DNA of 62,833 bases, the filler included, from Octopus bimaculoides (Eukaryota), in NCBI RefSeq assembly GCF_001194135.2. It is 3 parts of 3 records of this genome, joined end to end, with 100 filler letters (N's around TTAATTAATTAA, not from the genome) between each part and the next. Parts side by side here need not be neighbours in the genome. Positions count along the whole stretch, not along the records: positions 1 to 22,864 come from NC_068987.1; 2 more parts are not named here. One strand, 5' to 3'. Both the position numbers and the translations under genes were made by a program. This document shows, piece by piece, positions 1 to 12,530 of this stretch. The first letter of the stretch is position 1. The number at the start of each line of letters is the position of its first letter. Below the pieces are notes generated by a model. That model worked only from the letters and a program-made list of their open reading frames with translations, made no database searches and had not been told where the DNA came from.

Positions 1-1224
1 TATATATATATATATATATATGACGGGCTTCCTCACAGTTTCCGTCAACTAAATTTACTCATGAAGCGTTGGTCAGCCTGGGTTATAGTAGAAGACTATA
101 ACCCAGGCTGACCCTTACAGCCATGCCTTTAGTTTCAATATCTGAAACTTCCACTTAACCTTACATCACATAAGGCTCTGTTAGTTTACTCTCCTGGTTT
201 CAGCCTACGACGGAGCCTTCATGCGGTTATCTTACCCTCTTAGAAATAACATTATCGCACCGCACCGTCAATAGGAAAAAAATCTTTTTAAAAGCGGAGA
301 GGATACACTACATAATGTAATCCTTAATACACTCCTAAAAAGGGTGAGTTTGTTGTTCGATCAGAGTTGAAACAGCCTAAACAACAGCATCATCATAGAA
401 TGACAGCATCACTCTCAGGCTCTCGAAACTATATCATAATACGACAACATTTCACAGATCTCTTCAGTATATTACTCCATTATCAAAACTGTACGGACGG
501 TAAACTCTGCAGAAGATTTGGCTGCTAATTATAACATTTTGAGCCATCGTATAGAAAACAGAAGTTCCTTTGACACCCTGTGTTATCCTTAATAATCTCG
601 AGACGAGATCTGTCATTATTTCTCGTTCAAAGGACTTTAAAAGCTATAAAAACATTAAAAGAAAAGAAGAGTTGCTTAGACTATTATTTAGTAACTCTTG
701 ATGCCAGCCTAACTGAGAACTCGTAACAAGTTCTTTAATAGAAAAAATTATTGCTTTGAACTGCTAACATCTAAATTAAAATTTCCAGTCATAATTATAT
801 TTCACATTTTATTAAGTTATGTTCCAATCACCAACTTTACAACGGAAAATATACTTGCTTTACGTTTTTGTATTTGGTTTGCAAAGTTCTTGATGTAAAC
901 TTGTGCGCTGAGACAGGTTTTGTTGTATATCGGGACGGTCGTTATGCCAATGATAAACACACGCACTAGTTCTATTTCACTTTTTCACTTTTTATTAATC
1001 AATTTAAATTAACCGGTTGTTTTGATTAATAATTCGATCAATCAATCAGACCTGGAGTAGAGAGGGCATGTCATTGATGAGGTCCAGAATAGTGACGAAA
1101 GGACTTTAACATATCTAATTTGTTGACTGAAAAATTAATCAAACAATCGCCAAATTAATTGGATATACTATTAACCGATGGATTAATTAACAATGGTTTC
1201 AATTTTTGGCACAAGACTATCTGC

Positions 1225-1375
1225 TTTTGAAGGAAGAGGAAAATCGATTGCATCGACCACCATACGTCCCTGGTACTTACTTTATCGACCCCGAAATGAT
1301 GAAAGGCAAAGTTGACTTCAACAGAATTTAAACTCAGAACATAAAGACGAACGAAATGTGCCAAGCATTTTATAT
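1225..1375 (-). mobile_element. tRNA-derived SINE family A, partial copy
   Basis: Reverse complement of the family core GTTCTGAGTT..GCCTTTCATC..GGGGTCGATAAA..AAGTACCAG seen in many other copies in the window. Confidence 0.75.
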
Positions 1376-2520
1376 TTACTCGTGCAAAATATTCTGTCAG
1401 CTCGCCGCCTTAATGGTCTAATTAATAATAAAGAAATGAAGTAGATCTAGTGCGGTTGTTTCTTTTTGGGACTATGACCCTCCCAAGATACAACAAAATA
1501 GTTATTTTACTAAATCTGTCCACATTCTTAGTTATTTTTGGAAAAAATTAAAACAGATTTTAAAACACTTATTCCGTTATTTTCTTTGATACCTTGTAGC
1601 TTTGGTGGCGTTCGCTTTTCCTGCAAACGTTCGATCCCACCTCCGGTTTGAGAATAGCTTCCTCCTTTCTCTTTAAGAGAATGGAGGCCCTAAAAGAGTT
1701 TGTTGATGGGCGCTGGCCTTCTTCCTCTGACTAAATCATTAAAAACATAAATAAAGTAGCGTTCAGTCTAGTGGGAGATTTATCTATGATCAAATTAACG
1801 CTGCATGAAACTAGAGATAAGCGCTGGCTTTATGGATCTCTGCGATTTGTAAATGTCAAAATATTGATTATCAACACAGGCAATTAACCCAATAAATAAA
1901 TTAGCTTAAATAATTTACAATAAAAACATTGGCAAAAAAAATAAGTACGAAAGAAAAAAACACACAAAACAAGTCAAAAAGACTCAGTTAAAAACAGCGA
2001 TGCTCCACTAGCATGGCCATTAAAACAATGATGCGAACATCGTTAAAAGAACTTAAGTTATTTAGGGTAAAAATGGTAAAACTAGGAAACAATCCATCAT
2101 TTTGTTTTCTTTTGTTGTTGTAAAATACTTCCAATAAGACAGGAAAGCACATCTGCTTCGCACAGTATTTTAGGTTAAAGGGTGAAAAGCTATTACAAAA
2201 ATGTAATGTAATATAAATCCAGACCCACGTTGGGGAAGCCTGGTTATTTTCCTTACTGTCTTTAAAAAGAACAAAACGAAACCGAGAAAGCAGAACTGGA
2301 TAATGTAAACCGAGGTAAACAATGCCTCTCCACTAAAAAACAAAATAAGTGGTCACAGCGTAAAGGTACTTAAGTAAATGTCGCAATACACATCATTCTT
2401 TTTTTTTTATTTTGAGGGATGGATGAAGTATGAAGCGGGTTTTAGTTGCATAGGGTTACGCTCTGAGTTCAAATCCCGTCACGGTCTTTCATACATTTGC
2501 GTTTCATTTTTTCTGGGTTG

Positions 2521-2930
2521 GTAAGGCGGTGAGCTGGCAGAAGCGTTACCACGTCGGGCGAAATGCTTAGCGGTGTTTGGTCTGCCGTTACGTTCTGAGT
2601 TCGAATTCCACCGAGGTCGACTTTCCTTTTCATCTTTCGGGGTCGATAAATTAAGTACCAGTTGTGTACGGGGGTTGATGTAATCGACTTAATCCCTTTG
2701 TCTGTCCTTGTTTGTACCCTCTATGATTAGCCCTTTGTGGGCTATAAAGAAATAAGAAACGTTAGCGCTATTTCGTCTGTCTTTATGTTCTGAGTTCAAG
2801 TTCCGCAGAGGTCGACTTTACCTTTCATCCTTTCAGGATCGATAGATTAAGTACCAGTTGCGTACTGGGTCAATGTAATCGACTGGCCCCCTCCCCCAAA
2901 ATGTCAGTCCTTGTGCCTAGAGTAGAAAAT
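2521..2930 (+). mobile_element. SINE family A, two tandem copies
   Basis: GTGAGCTGGCAG head, GTTCTGAGTTC B-box-like motif and shared core, repeated at about 2521-2765 and 2766-2930. CpG-rich. Confidence 0.8.
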
Positions 2931-3424
2931 ATTCTTTCTGGGTTGATAAAATAAAGTATCAGTCAAGTTTTGGGGTTGATGGTATCGTCTAACCCTTTCT
3001 CCCAAAATCGCTAGCGTTCTACCTAAAAAGGAAATTTTTTTATTGACTAAAAGGCGGTGAATTTGGAGAATCGTTAACGGGTCAGACAACTCATATCAGA
3101 CATTCCGCCGGGATCAATGAAATGAAGAACCAGTCAAGTACTTAGGTCAATGTAATTGCCTTGCTCCCACCTTCTAAAAATGCTGGCCTCGTGCCAAAAT
3201 TTGAAACACATTGTTTTCGTTTGATATAGCTCCATGTAACAATCCTTACTGGGTGTCAACGAGATACCAAGGACAGCTATTGTCATGTAACGGTGGTATT
3301 TCGTCACAGAATGTGACTATAAAAAAGGCGTAAAATTAATTCAGACCTAGGATAAAGAGATATAAATCGAAATAATAAGGCAAAAGCTACAACTCTTTTT
3401 ATTAAATATCAAAAAATATGGCGT

Positions 3425-3720
3425 GGCTTTCTGTCGGTCACGACGACGAGTGTTCCAGTTGATCCGATCAACCGAGCTGCCTGCTCGTAAGATTAACATG
3501 CAAGTGGCTGAGCACTCCCTTAACGTAGTTCTCAGAGAAATTCTGTGTGACACAGAATGCAACCAGGCTGGCCCTTTTCAATTACAGGTACAACTCATTT
3601 TTGCCAGCTGAGTGGACTGTGGCAACGAGAAATGAAGTGTCTGGCTCAAGGACACAACGCATCAATGTGAATTGAACTCATGACCTTACGATCATGAACC
3701 GAATATCTTAGCCATTAAAC
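3425..3720 (-). mobile_element. SINE family C, diverged partial copy
   Basis: Shares CAGTTGATCCGATCAA..CCTGCTCGT..TTAAC.TGCAAGTGGCTGA with 43957-44351 and 59128-59514. Confidence 0.65.
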
Positions 3721-3729
3721 TTTTTATAA

Positions 3730-4320
3730 AATGTTAGCTGTTCTGTTGAGAACGATTTTAAGAATTTTGTATATGCTAGGTTTACCGAGAATGTTTTTCA
3801 AGAAACTCATCTACCCTTTTCTTTATGACATCAAATGCGTCAAATATAAACTGGATTGTTTGTCTTCAATTTCCACGTTCTGCTTAATCTCAATTTCTCT
3901 ATCTTCGGGCTTCACACATTTTTCACATTCTTTAACAGACACAATCATGGTATAGTCATGTCAGGGAATAGGCATGTTTTATTTTAAAATCTTTAACAAT
4001 GATATCAGTCCAGTTGTCGTTTATGGTGTAATCTGTGTGGATTGTAAAATTCCATAAAACTGTTACATCTCTTGCTTCGATTTCTGATAAAGTATGGTGT
4101 TCATTCAAACTTTTACCATGTTCTGAACCATAACGTTTGCAAAGTACTCAATAAATGATTTATCCAACCCGATCGTACCTGGCTTTATATTCAGTTGGAA
4201 CCGAAGAAGATCGCTCTGAAGTTATATGTTCAATTGTCTCAATTTGTTCGTCACAGACTCTGCATTTTGGGTCTGGTTCATTTTTTAGGACGTTTGCTTG
4301 GCATTTTCTTATAAATAAGC
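3730..4320 (-). mobile_element. R4/Dong-clade non-LTR retrotransposon C-terminal relic (CCHC + RLE endonuclease)
   Basis: Minus strand reads CRVCDEQIETIEHIT..EYKARYDRVG..VLWNFTIHTDYTINDNWTDII, with stops. Confidence 0.7.
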
Positions 4321-4413
4321 CTTAGATTTAGCCCTGGATTCCTCTGGTTTGGCTTTAAACCCCCAGCTGCACAACCACTGATGGGTTTCTGGTTAGCCAA
4401 CGTCAACATCCTG

Positions 4414-4865
4414 TACATTATTTGCATTGGACGGATATGTCCTCATCAACATTTCGGCCGATTTGCTCTCCAGCTTTTATCAGGTGTCCTGCAAAAATTT
4501 TGAACCCAACTCTGGGTTCTCATTCCTAATGTATTTATTTATTTATTTTTTTTGCTGATGTTATTATTATTATTATTTATTCATGGCACTGCCTGGAATT
4601 GAACTCGGAATCTTGGGGTTAGTAGCCTGCGCTCTTAACCATTACGTTATATGCCCGTGCCTTGAATAAATAATAATAATAACATCAGCAAAAAAGTATC
4701 TTAGGAATGAGAACCCAGGGTTAGGTTCAAAATTCTACCAGGGCACCTGGTGAAGGCTGGAGTGTAATTCAGCCGAAACGTTGTGGTAACAAAAACAAGA
4801 TGAGGACACATATCCGTCCTATGTAAATAATGAACAGAATTCTTCATCTCTGAAATATAGAACAT
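4414..4865. mobile_element. PLE-associated tRNA-like/hammerhead module, two copies in inverted orientation
   Basis: Minus copy at about 4414-4660 includes the tRNA-like head. Plus copy at about 4665-4865 starts at the (TAA)n. Same module as 50503-50792 and 60215-60540. Confidence 0.75.
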
Positions 4866-5189
4866 CAACACCCTGAATGCAAAATGGGTTTTGGCCGTAC
4901 AGAGAATTTTGCTACCGTCTATCTTTCAGTGTTATAAAGCTCTCAGACTTCGCTCTATTTCTAAGAATTCTAGCTGCCTTGGTTGGAAGTAGGTCAACTT
5001 GATTTGCAATTTCTGATATTGGTTTTTAGTTCTCTTCAGTATTTCTCTGCTTCTTCTTGTTTTCGTGGTCTTTTGCTAATATCATCACCCAATTTGATTT
5101 TGTTTAGATAAGTTTTCAGGCCAATTGTGGATGTTTTACAGGATAATCCAAGTAGAACGGTCTCTCTTCCTTCTTCCTTTCTCGACAGA

Positions 5190-5830
5190 TAAAAACGGTC
5201 GATGTGTTCTTTAGGGCGGAGCATTTTGTTAGCGGTGAGAAGTTAACGTGTTTCACCATCCATTCTCTAACGGCCAATAGATTCCAGTTGATAAGAATGT
5301 AATCATGCTGCAGGTACTGCTAAGGTGTTGACAGATTCGCTAGTTTTTAGTTAAATTCAGTTTCGAAGGACCAGACTTACGCTTCTGCAAAACTCTTTTC
5401 AAATCTTTTCTTTCATTTGAGTATGTTAGATTCCATTGCCCTCGTTTATATCTCGGAGATATTAATAAATGTCCTCAAGATCCAGTTCTTGCACAGCAAT
5501 TGCTTAGGTCATGTTTGATTGATGATGTGGTAAGCTTCCCTCTTCTGAAAGTTGTTGTTGGACACTTATCCAATCAAATTCCAATTTTATGGTTTTACTA
5601 AACTGCTTTGCGGTTGTTGAAAGTCCTTCTAACTCCTGATCATTCTCAGCATAGAATTTCAGATCATCCATAAAGAATAAGTGATTGATTCTGTTCATGT
5701 TGTTATTGTTTGTTCGCTTGAAACCGTATCCTGTGTTATTCAGTTCACTTGAAAGTAGGAAGAATGCTGTAGAGAAAAATAGAGGTGAGAGTCTTCTTGG
5801 AAAATTCAGTTTATTTTGATTTTGTTGTAT
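5190..5830 (-). mobile_element. R4/Dong-like RT fragments, internally deleted
   Basis: INHLFFMDDLKFYAEND (RT core, 5504-5698 ORF) and MLRPKEHIDRFYLSRKEEGR (thumb motif). Confidence 0.75.
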
Positions 5831-5994
5831 TGCATGAGTCTGTTGTGGTTAAAAAGAGCGAATTTGTTCATTTCGTCATACCATATAGACGAAAGCTAGA
5901 GATTACTTGGAGAGATATTGTGTGCTTCTAGAGGTTTCGGTATCCAAATTTATTGCTGTTTCTTTCAGTATTTTCCAACGTTTGCCTCCGATAG

Positions 5995-6365
5995 GGACAG
6001 GCATGGTTATGTGGTTAAGAAAGATCGCTTTGCTACTATATGGTTTCAGGTTCAGTCCCACTTGAGCAAGTGTCTTCAACTGCAATCTCGGATCGACCAA
6101 CGCTGTGTGAGTGAATTTAATTGACGGAAACTGTGTGGAAGCTCATCGTGTGTGTGTGTGTGTGTGTGTGTATGTCCAATGACCGTCTGACAACTTCAGT
6201 CGGTTTGTTTACGTCCCTGTAAATTAGTTCGGCAAAAGATACCGATAGAATAAGTACCAAACTTTGAAAATATAATACTGGGGTCGATTTGTTTGACTAA
6301 ACCCTTCAAAGCGGTGCCTAAGCATGGCTGTTGTCCAATGACTGAAACAAGTAAAAGATAAAAAG
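5995..6365 (+). mobile_element. tRNA-derived SINE family B
   Basis: GGCATGGTTATGTGGTTAAGAAA head, CAGGTTCAGTCCCA B-box-like motif, internal (GT)n, CAGCATGGC..TGACTGAAACAAGTAAAAGA 3' end shared with other copies. Confidence 0.75.
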
Positions 6366-8384
6366 TTTAAAAGATTTTTTTCTTTACATTAAACAAGTCT
6401 TTCTACAATCTGTCACACATATTTTAAAAATTTAAGCTGTAGTCATTTTGAATTACTGATAGTTTTATTTTAGATTTTGTCACGCATGGCCGACAGATTT
6501 CGTTACACTAAATTCAACCTACTCGTTTACCCCGAAACGACACCAATGACTGCTAATTAAGATATTTATCTCCAGCAGCTAAACACCATTATTCATTATA
6601 GCTGTACTAATTTGTAGCATTGTTCTCGTATTGTGTACGCGTCCACTTAATCAGTAGCATCACCACCAACAATCATAACCACTACCACAATCTCTATCCA
6701 CCACCATCGCAATCACCACTACCATCACCACCTTCATTATTGTCTTGCTCTTTGTATGACAGTTTTGAAATTGATATCTTTAAAGTAGGCTTCAATTTGT
6801 CTTCCATGTTGTTCTCGGAGGTATTTCCTTTAAATGTTACTCATACATAATTCATCCTGTTCCGTTTGAGGCATTTATAGTTCAAAATACTTCATAGAAA
6901 TACCTAATTTCTCTTTACAAATGCTGTCTAGTTCTACTATATACATTTCGGCTCTTTCCGGAAAGAAATGTATATATATTTTGGCTTTTCTCATTTTATT
7001 TTCCCCGTAGATTAAAACTTCTACAACATCTAATTTCAACGTGATAGCCGTATCTAGTACCAATTCTTTTATCTACATAGATATAAACTCTCATAGAATT
7101 TTCGGTTTTAACTATTTTGTCCTATCAAATTTCACTTTTACATATTATCGCTTTGATGCTGTTACCATTCTACAAATCTTTTACACAGCTGTCGATGATC
7201 CAGCTATCCATGTATTTCATCTTTGATAGATCAGAATGAGAACCTTTCGTGACAATCTATTGTGTACCTCTGTTTTCGTTTATCACGGATGTTTGGTTAA
7301 AACGTGTTAACTGAATCATTGATAAATGAATAACCGAGCATACGGCAAAAATAGGCTCCGTTCCGTGATCTCATGTTGTCCTGAGCTTTGCGGATGTTAG
7401 CTGGGACGCGCTTTTGCGGGCCAAGCAGAATTTTTGTTACTGATCACCAACCCTTTTTATCACAGATCAATTCGTGATAAGCGTGACGGGTTCTCAATTG
7501 AGCGTACTGTATTATTTAGATCAGTGACGAGCCGGTGATAAACGTGGATAAATGTACCAGCTTTCCTCAAAAAGATTTTAACTGTATAAATTTCTAATTT
7601 TAATTCGGAATCGATTCCTCTATTGTCAATAAAGGCATTATTCACCACTAATATCATCGTGTCACTGTGATAAGCATTCTAGTGTAAAAGGTAAGTTCTT
7701 GAATTTAATTTACGATTCAGTTTCAGTTGTCGATTGAACACTTGTTCTGCTAAAATAACACAATCTCTGTATAATTTCTCTATTCACTCCGTAATGAGTT
7801 TAGAATCTTGTGCTTTAAGTCAGTCCCAGTTGAATGCATAAAGCTTGCTGAGTGCCTGTAACATGTTAAGTTCATTTTTCTATTTGATTTTACTCACCCA
7901 CGAAACTGTGTGTTTTATCTTCTCAATATTTTCAGGTCTCAAGCACGCAGGACAAAATACTTACCAACATTTCGTCAGTCTTTTCGTTCTGAGTTCATTT
8001 CGCCGAGGTTGACTTTGCCTTTCATTCGTTCGGGGTCGATAAAATAAGCACCAGTTGAGTACTGGGGTCGACACAATCGACTTACTTCACACCCCGAAAT
8101 TGCTGGACTTGTACCAAAATTTGAAACCAATATTATTTGTGTCTAACGTCGTGAGCTGATAAAATCGTTATGGCACCGGAAAAATGCTTAGCAGCAGTTC
8201 TTCTGTCTTTACGTTCTGAGTTCAAATGCCACCGAGATCGACTTTGCATTTCATACCACAAATACCATGAGCCAACAAGGGAATCTTTACATGATCACTC
8301 GACCGACAAGAAACAGCAGCCGAGTTTTTTTCAAATGATAATTTGTCGTCATGGCAAAGGAACTGATAAATTCGATAGATACGT

Positions 8385-8810
8385 AAGTGCAGCCGTTGCT
8401 GCGTGGTTATGAAACTTGCTTAGCAACTACATGGTTCCAGTTCATTCCTTCTGCACGACACCTTGGGCGAGTGTCTTCTGTTGTAATCCCGGACCGACTG
8501 AAAAATTTGTGAGCGAATTTGGTACACGAAAACTATGTGAAAGCCCGTCATATATATTTATGTATGTATGTATGTATGTATGTAGGCGTGTGCACGCGCG
8601 TGTCTTTGTCCCCCACTATCACTTGGCAGCCAGGGCTGGTTTGCTTACGCCCTAAAGCGTTTTGCCAAAAGCAATTGATAGAATAAGAACCAGACATAGA
8701 AAAAGTTAAGTACTAGAGTTGATTTATTCAAGTAAACCCTTCAAGGCACTGCCCCAGCATGGCCGCAGTCAGTGACTGATACAAGTAAAAGACAAACGAC
8801 AAAAGATAAT
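8385..8810 (+). mobile_element. SINE family B copy
   Basis: Same head, body and tail as 5995-6365 and 42312-42705. Confidence 0.7.
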
Positions 8811-9299
8811 CATGAAAAAGATAGGATGGTCACCATGGAACGCCTTTCATCATAAGCCAGCTGATTCGATCAAAGCTGACCCGGGCTAAACATCGCCAGA
8901 AACAACAAACTGAAGCTGCTTGTGCAGACCAAAAAGTTTAAACGTTTGATCTGCCGCTAACGACTTGGAGACTTTCTTCTTATCAAACGCAAAGAAAGCT
9001 AACAATGTCAATCACGACAATTAATTATTTGATAATGAATGACTGCTATTGAAGATGTTGACAACTGCCCAGCCATTAGCAATACGTCTTCGTGTGAAAG
9101 TTACAATTATGTTCAGCAGCAACAGCAATACGCGATCAGCCTAGAAGAAATATAAAGAGAAAACTAATATTGCAGATTTTGATAGAAATGAGCATTGTCA
9201 TATTATAATCTTTGGTCGGGCGTGTAAAATAATTAGATTGTAAGGTAAATTCGTTCGTTATTTTTCTAACTTTGCACTCCGTCGTCATTTGTTTGAAAC

Positions 9300-9667
9300 G
9301 GGGTAAATTTTATTTTCAAATCCCTCAGACGATAAACGAAAGTAAATTGAACAGGGATAAATTTTATTTTCAAATCCCTCAGACGATAAACGAAAGTAAA
9401 TTGAACAGGGGTAAATTTTATTTTCAAATCCCTCAGACGATAAACGAAAGTAAATTGAACAGGGGTAAATTTTATTTTCAAATCCCTCAGACGATAAACG
9501 AAAGTAAATTGAACAGGGGTAAATTTTATTTTCAAATCCCTCAGACGATAAACGAAAGTAAATTGAACAGGGGTAAATTTTATTTTCAAATCCCTCAGAC
9601 GATAAACGAAAGTAAATTGAACAGGGGTAAATTTTATTTTCAACTCCCTCAGACGATAAACGAAAGT
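9300..9667. repeat. 54-bp minisatellite, about 6.8 near-identical copies
   Basis: Unit GGGGTAAATTTTATTTTCAAATCCCTCAGACGATAAACGAAAGTAAATTGAACA starts at 9300, 9354 ... 9624. Units are contiguous with no spacers. Confidence 0.95.
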
Positions 9668-9934
9668 TGTAGAGAGAAAATAGTCAGAAAATATCCATAA
9701 AACTGTATGATGGAACTATTTTTCCTATTTTACTCAAATAAAAATGGAAAGGATTAAAATACAAAGGAAAGAAAAAAAATGAATGAATTTATCTGACAAA
9801 CTGATACTGAGCGGTATTTATTCAGGCGCTTTACGATCTACGTTCAAATCATGTAGTGGTAAACTTTTTCCTTCAGGCTTGTGGGGTCTATAAAATAAAT
9901 TTAGTCCAGCACCGATACTGATATTATCTGCTGC

Positions 9935-10445
9935 TCCTTAAGCTGGTGAGCTGGCAAGATTCGTGAGCGCGTCGGACAAAATGCTTAGCGCCTATTCGTC
10001 CGTCTTTACATTCTGAGTTCAAATTCCACCGAGGTCTACTTTGCCTTTTATCCTTTTGAAGTCGGTAAACTAAGTTCCAGTGGAGCACTGGGCTCGATGT
10101 AATCGACTTATCCCCTCCCACAAAACTTCAGGCCTACTACCTATATGAGAAAAGAATTAACTGCTGTTCCCCTCCCCACAAAATGTCAGACCCTATGCCT
10201 GTAATAGAAACAGTTTCTGAGAGCTGAGGATAATTGAATTGGTAGAACCGTTTGAGCATCAGACAAAAATGCTTGCGTTATTTGTAGTAGATCTTTACGT
10301 TCTGAGCCCAACATCCCTTGAAGTTGATGTTGCCTTTCATCCTTTCGAGGTCGATAAAATAAAGTATCATTCAAAAACAGGGGTCGATGCTATCGGCTAA
10401 CTCCTTCCTCCAAAATTTCGGCCTCGTATCAAAATTTGAAGCTAT
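9935..10445 (+). mobile_element. SINE family A, two copies (about 9935-10150 and 10225-10445)
   Basis: Family head and core motifs. CpG-rich. Confidence 0.75.
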
Positions 10446-11079
10446 TATTATTTTTACTATCATTATTATTATCCTTACTGGCAGTACATTATATGATATG
10501 GAGGAAAGTCTATGATTAAAACAACAAAGACGGAAGAAAATAGGAAAAACAAAAGCATTTAATTAATTAGTTGATTAATTAATTAAGAATATCCTGTGAT
10601 GTTGTTTATAAGAAATAATGCTTTGAACGCCATGATAGATGAAAACAATTGCTGTGCGCCACTACCAGCTTCCTTCCACACGGCAAAATTGGCAGCGAAA
10701 AAGTTTTGCTGCTATTAAAGTAATAACAAATGGACGCTGGCTATAGCTGCGTAGTTAAGAAGTTCGGTTCACAATCACTTCGTTTCTGATTTGATTCTTT
10801 TTTTTTTTTTTGTACAGTGCGTTGAGTGACCCTTTTAATTTAACCATTTGCCTGTCCAAAACATTCTCATGGGTGTGTCCTAAACGTCCATGCTTGTTTT
10901 CAGACCTTTAGTTAATCCTTGTTTTCATATGTTCTGAGTAATATAAAGCTCTGCTTTTCTAGGTCCCATGTTACTCTGACGGTAGGAAAATATAAATTTG
11001 GAATATGCATCATATATGATGTATGTATGCCAGGGAAATATATCATGTGTATCACATGTGATATAAGTGACAGGAGGGG

Positions 11080-11312
11080 GATGAGCTGGCGGAATCGTTA
11101 GCACGCCGGGCGAAATGCTTGCCGGTTTTTCGTCCGCCGTTACGTTCTGAGTTCACATTCCGCCGAGCTCGACTTTGCTTTTCATCCTTTCGGGATCGAT
11201 TAAACAAATACCAGTTATGCACTGGGGGGGTCGATCTAATCGACTTAATTCCTTTGTCTGTCCTTTTTGTCTCCTCTATGTTTAGCCCCTTCCCCCACTC
11301 CTGTGGGCAATA
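11080..11312 (+). mobile_element. SINE family A, well-preserved copy
   Basis: GAGCTGGCGGAATCGTTAGCACGCCGGGCGAAATGCTT..GTTCTGAGTTC..; most CpGs retained. Confidence 0.85.
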
Positions 11313-12461
11313 AAGAAATACATATGAATGACCCTTGCTCTGAGATATACTCTGAGTTCGATCCATTCGACTAAACCATTCGAGGTGGTGCCCCAGCATG
11401 GCCGTAGTCCAATGACTAAAATGAGTAAAAGAATAAAGGTAAAATATAAACCATTCAAGGCAGTGCTCCATCGTGGTCACTGTCTGATAACTGAAACAAG
11501 TAAAAGAATGAAAGATAAGTTTTAATGATAGCATTAGATATTTTATTTCCTCCATTTAATATCTTGAGTTTTACAAACTGCATTTAAGATTCTATTAAGT
11601 TTACTTATTTATTACTCAATAATTTGCAGTGTTCTGTTAAACCAGTCAAAGCTATAAAGAGTTTAGATTTATGCGAAATGTATTACCACTGTATTATTAT
11701 ATAAACTAGCAAGAGTTGCCATCTTAAGTTAACTATTGGCATTCGTTTCGACTCCAGCCAAGACTGGCACGCTTCAGACCGCATCCGTTTCACACGATTG
11801 CCCACTGAAATGGGACTTTTTCTCATAACAGTGGGAAGTAGTGAGGCGGATGCGAGAGAAGATGGTGGTGGAAGTTTGAATTAAATGTAGCATGGAATGA
11901 TGTCGGCCAACGCTCAAGCCAGTGTCGTAAATAACGGAAATAAACGGAGGTGACGGACAGAAAAATTGGAATTGGTCGGCATGAGACCATGTTCCTGTCA
12001 GGATCAGCCAACGATTGCTTAGTCAGAATGATAAACGAGACATGGAAAAATAAAACTGATATTGAAATCATATGTATTCGAAGACAGTAAATTTATGTGA
12101 TGAACAAGAAGATAAAATGATTTCCTGTCTTTGGGGAGCAGAAAAGGGCAGAAAGGAAGAATAGGAATCTGTTTCTTCTGTATCATTCTATTGTCGGATT
12201 CCATTGAGATTGCTTGGCGCTTAAAAATTCGATCGTATTTGCAGTGCTATTCCTACTGGACTTATAAACACTTGGGACAAAGAACCATTATCTTCGTAAA
12301 GTTAATGAACCCTATAAATAAAATTTCTGATGGCTTTCTATCTAAAACAATGTTTTAGCTAGAAAACCATTTAGTTTTATTAGTGAGTCTCGCTACGTTG
12401 AACCTTGAAACGGAGTGCGTGTGCCTGCAGTTTATGTCTCCGGATGACATTGATGTAATGT

Positions 12462-12529
<68 letters not shown>

Positions 12530-12530
12530 T
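12462..12530. repeat. (GT)n microsatellite, representative of many (GT)n, (AT)n, (TACA)n, (TTA)n, (GATA)n and (GAT)n tracts
   Basis: Direct inspection. Most N gaps are bordered by such tracts. Confidence 0.95.

Noticed and set aside
7466-7691. Exon-like segment between ttttatcacAG and GTAAGT
   Set aside because: All three + frames contain stops and no homology was recognised.
9300-9667. CRISPR-like array
   Set aside because: Units are contiguous and identical with no unique spacers, no cas genes are present and the context is eukaryotic.
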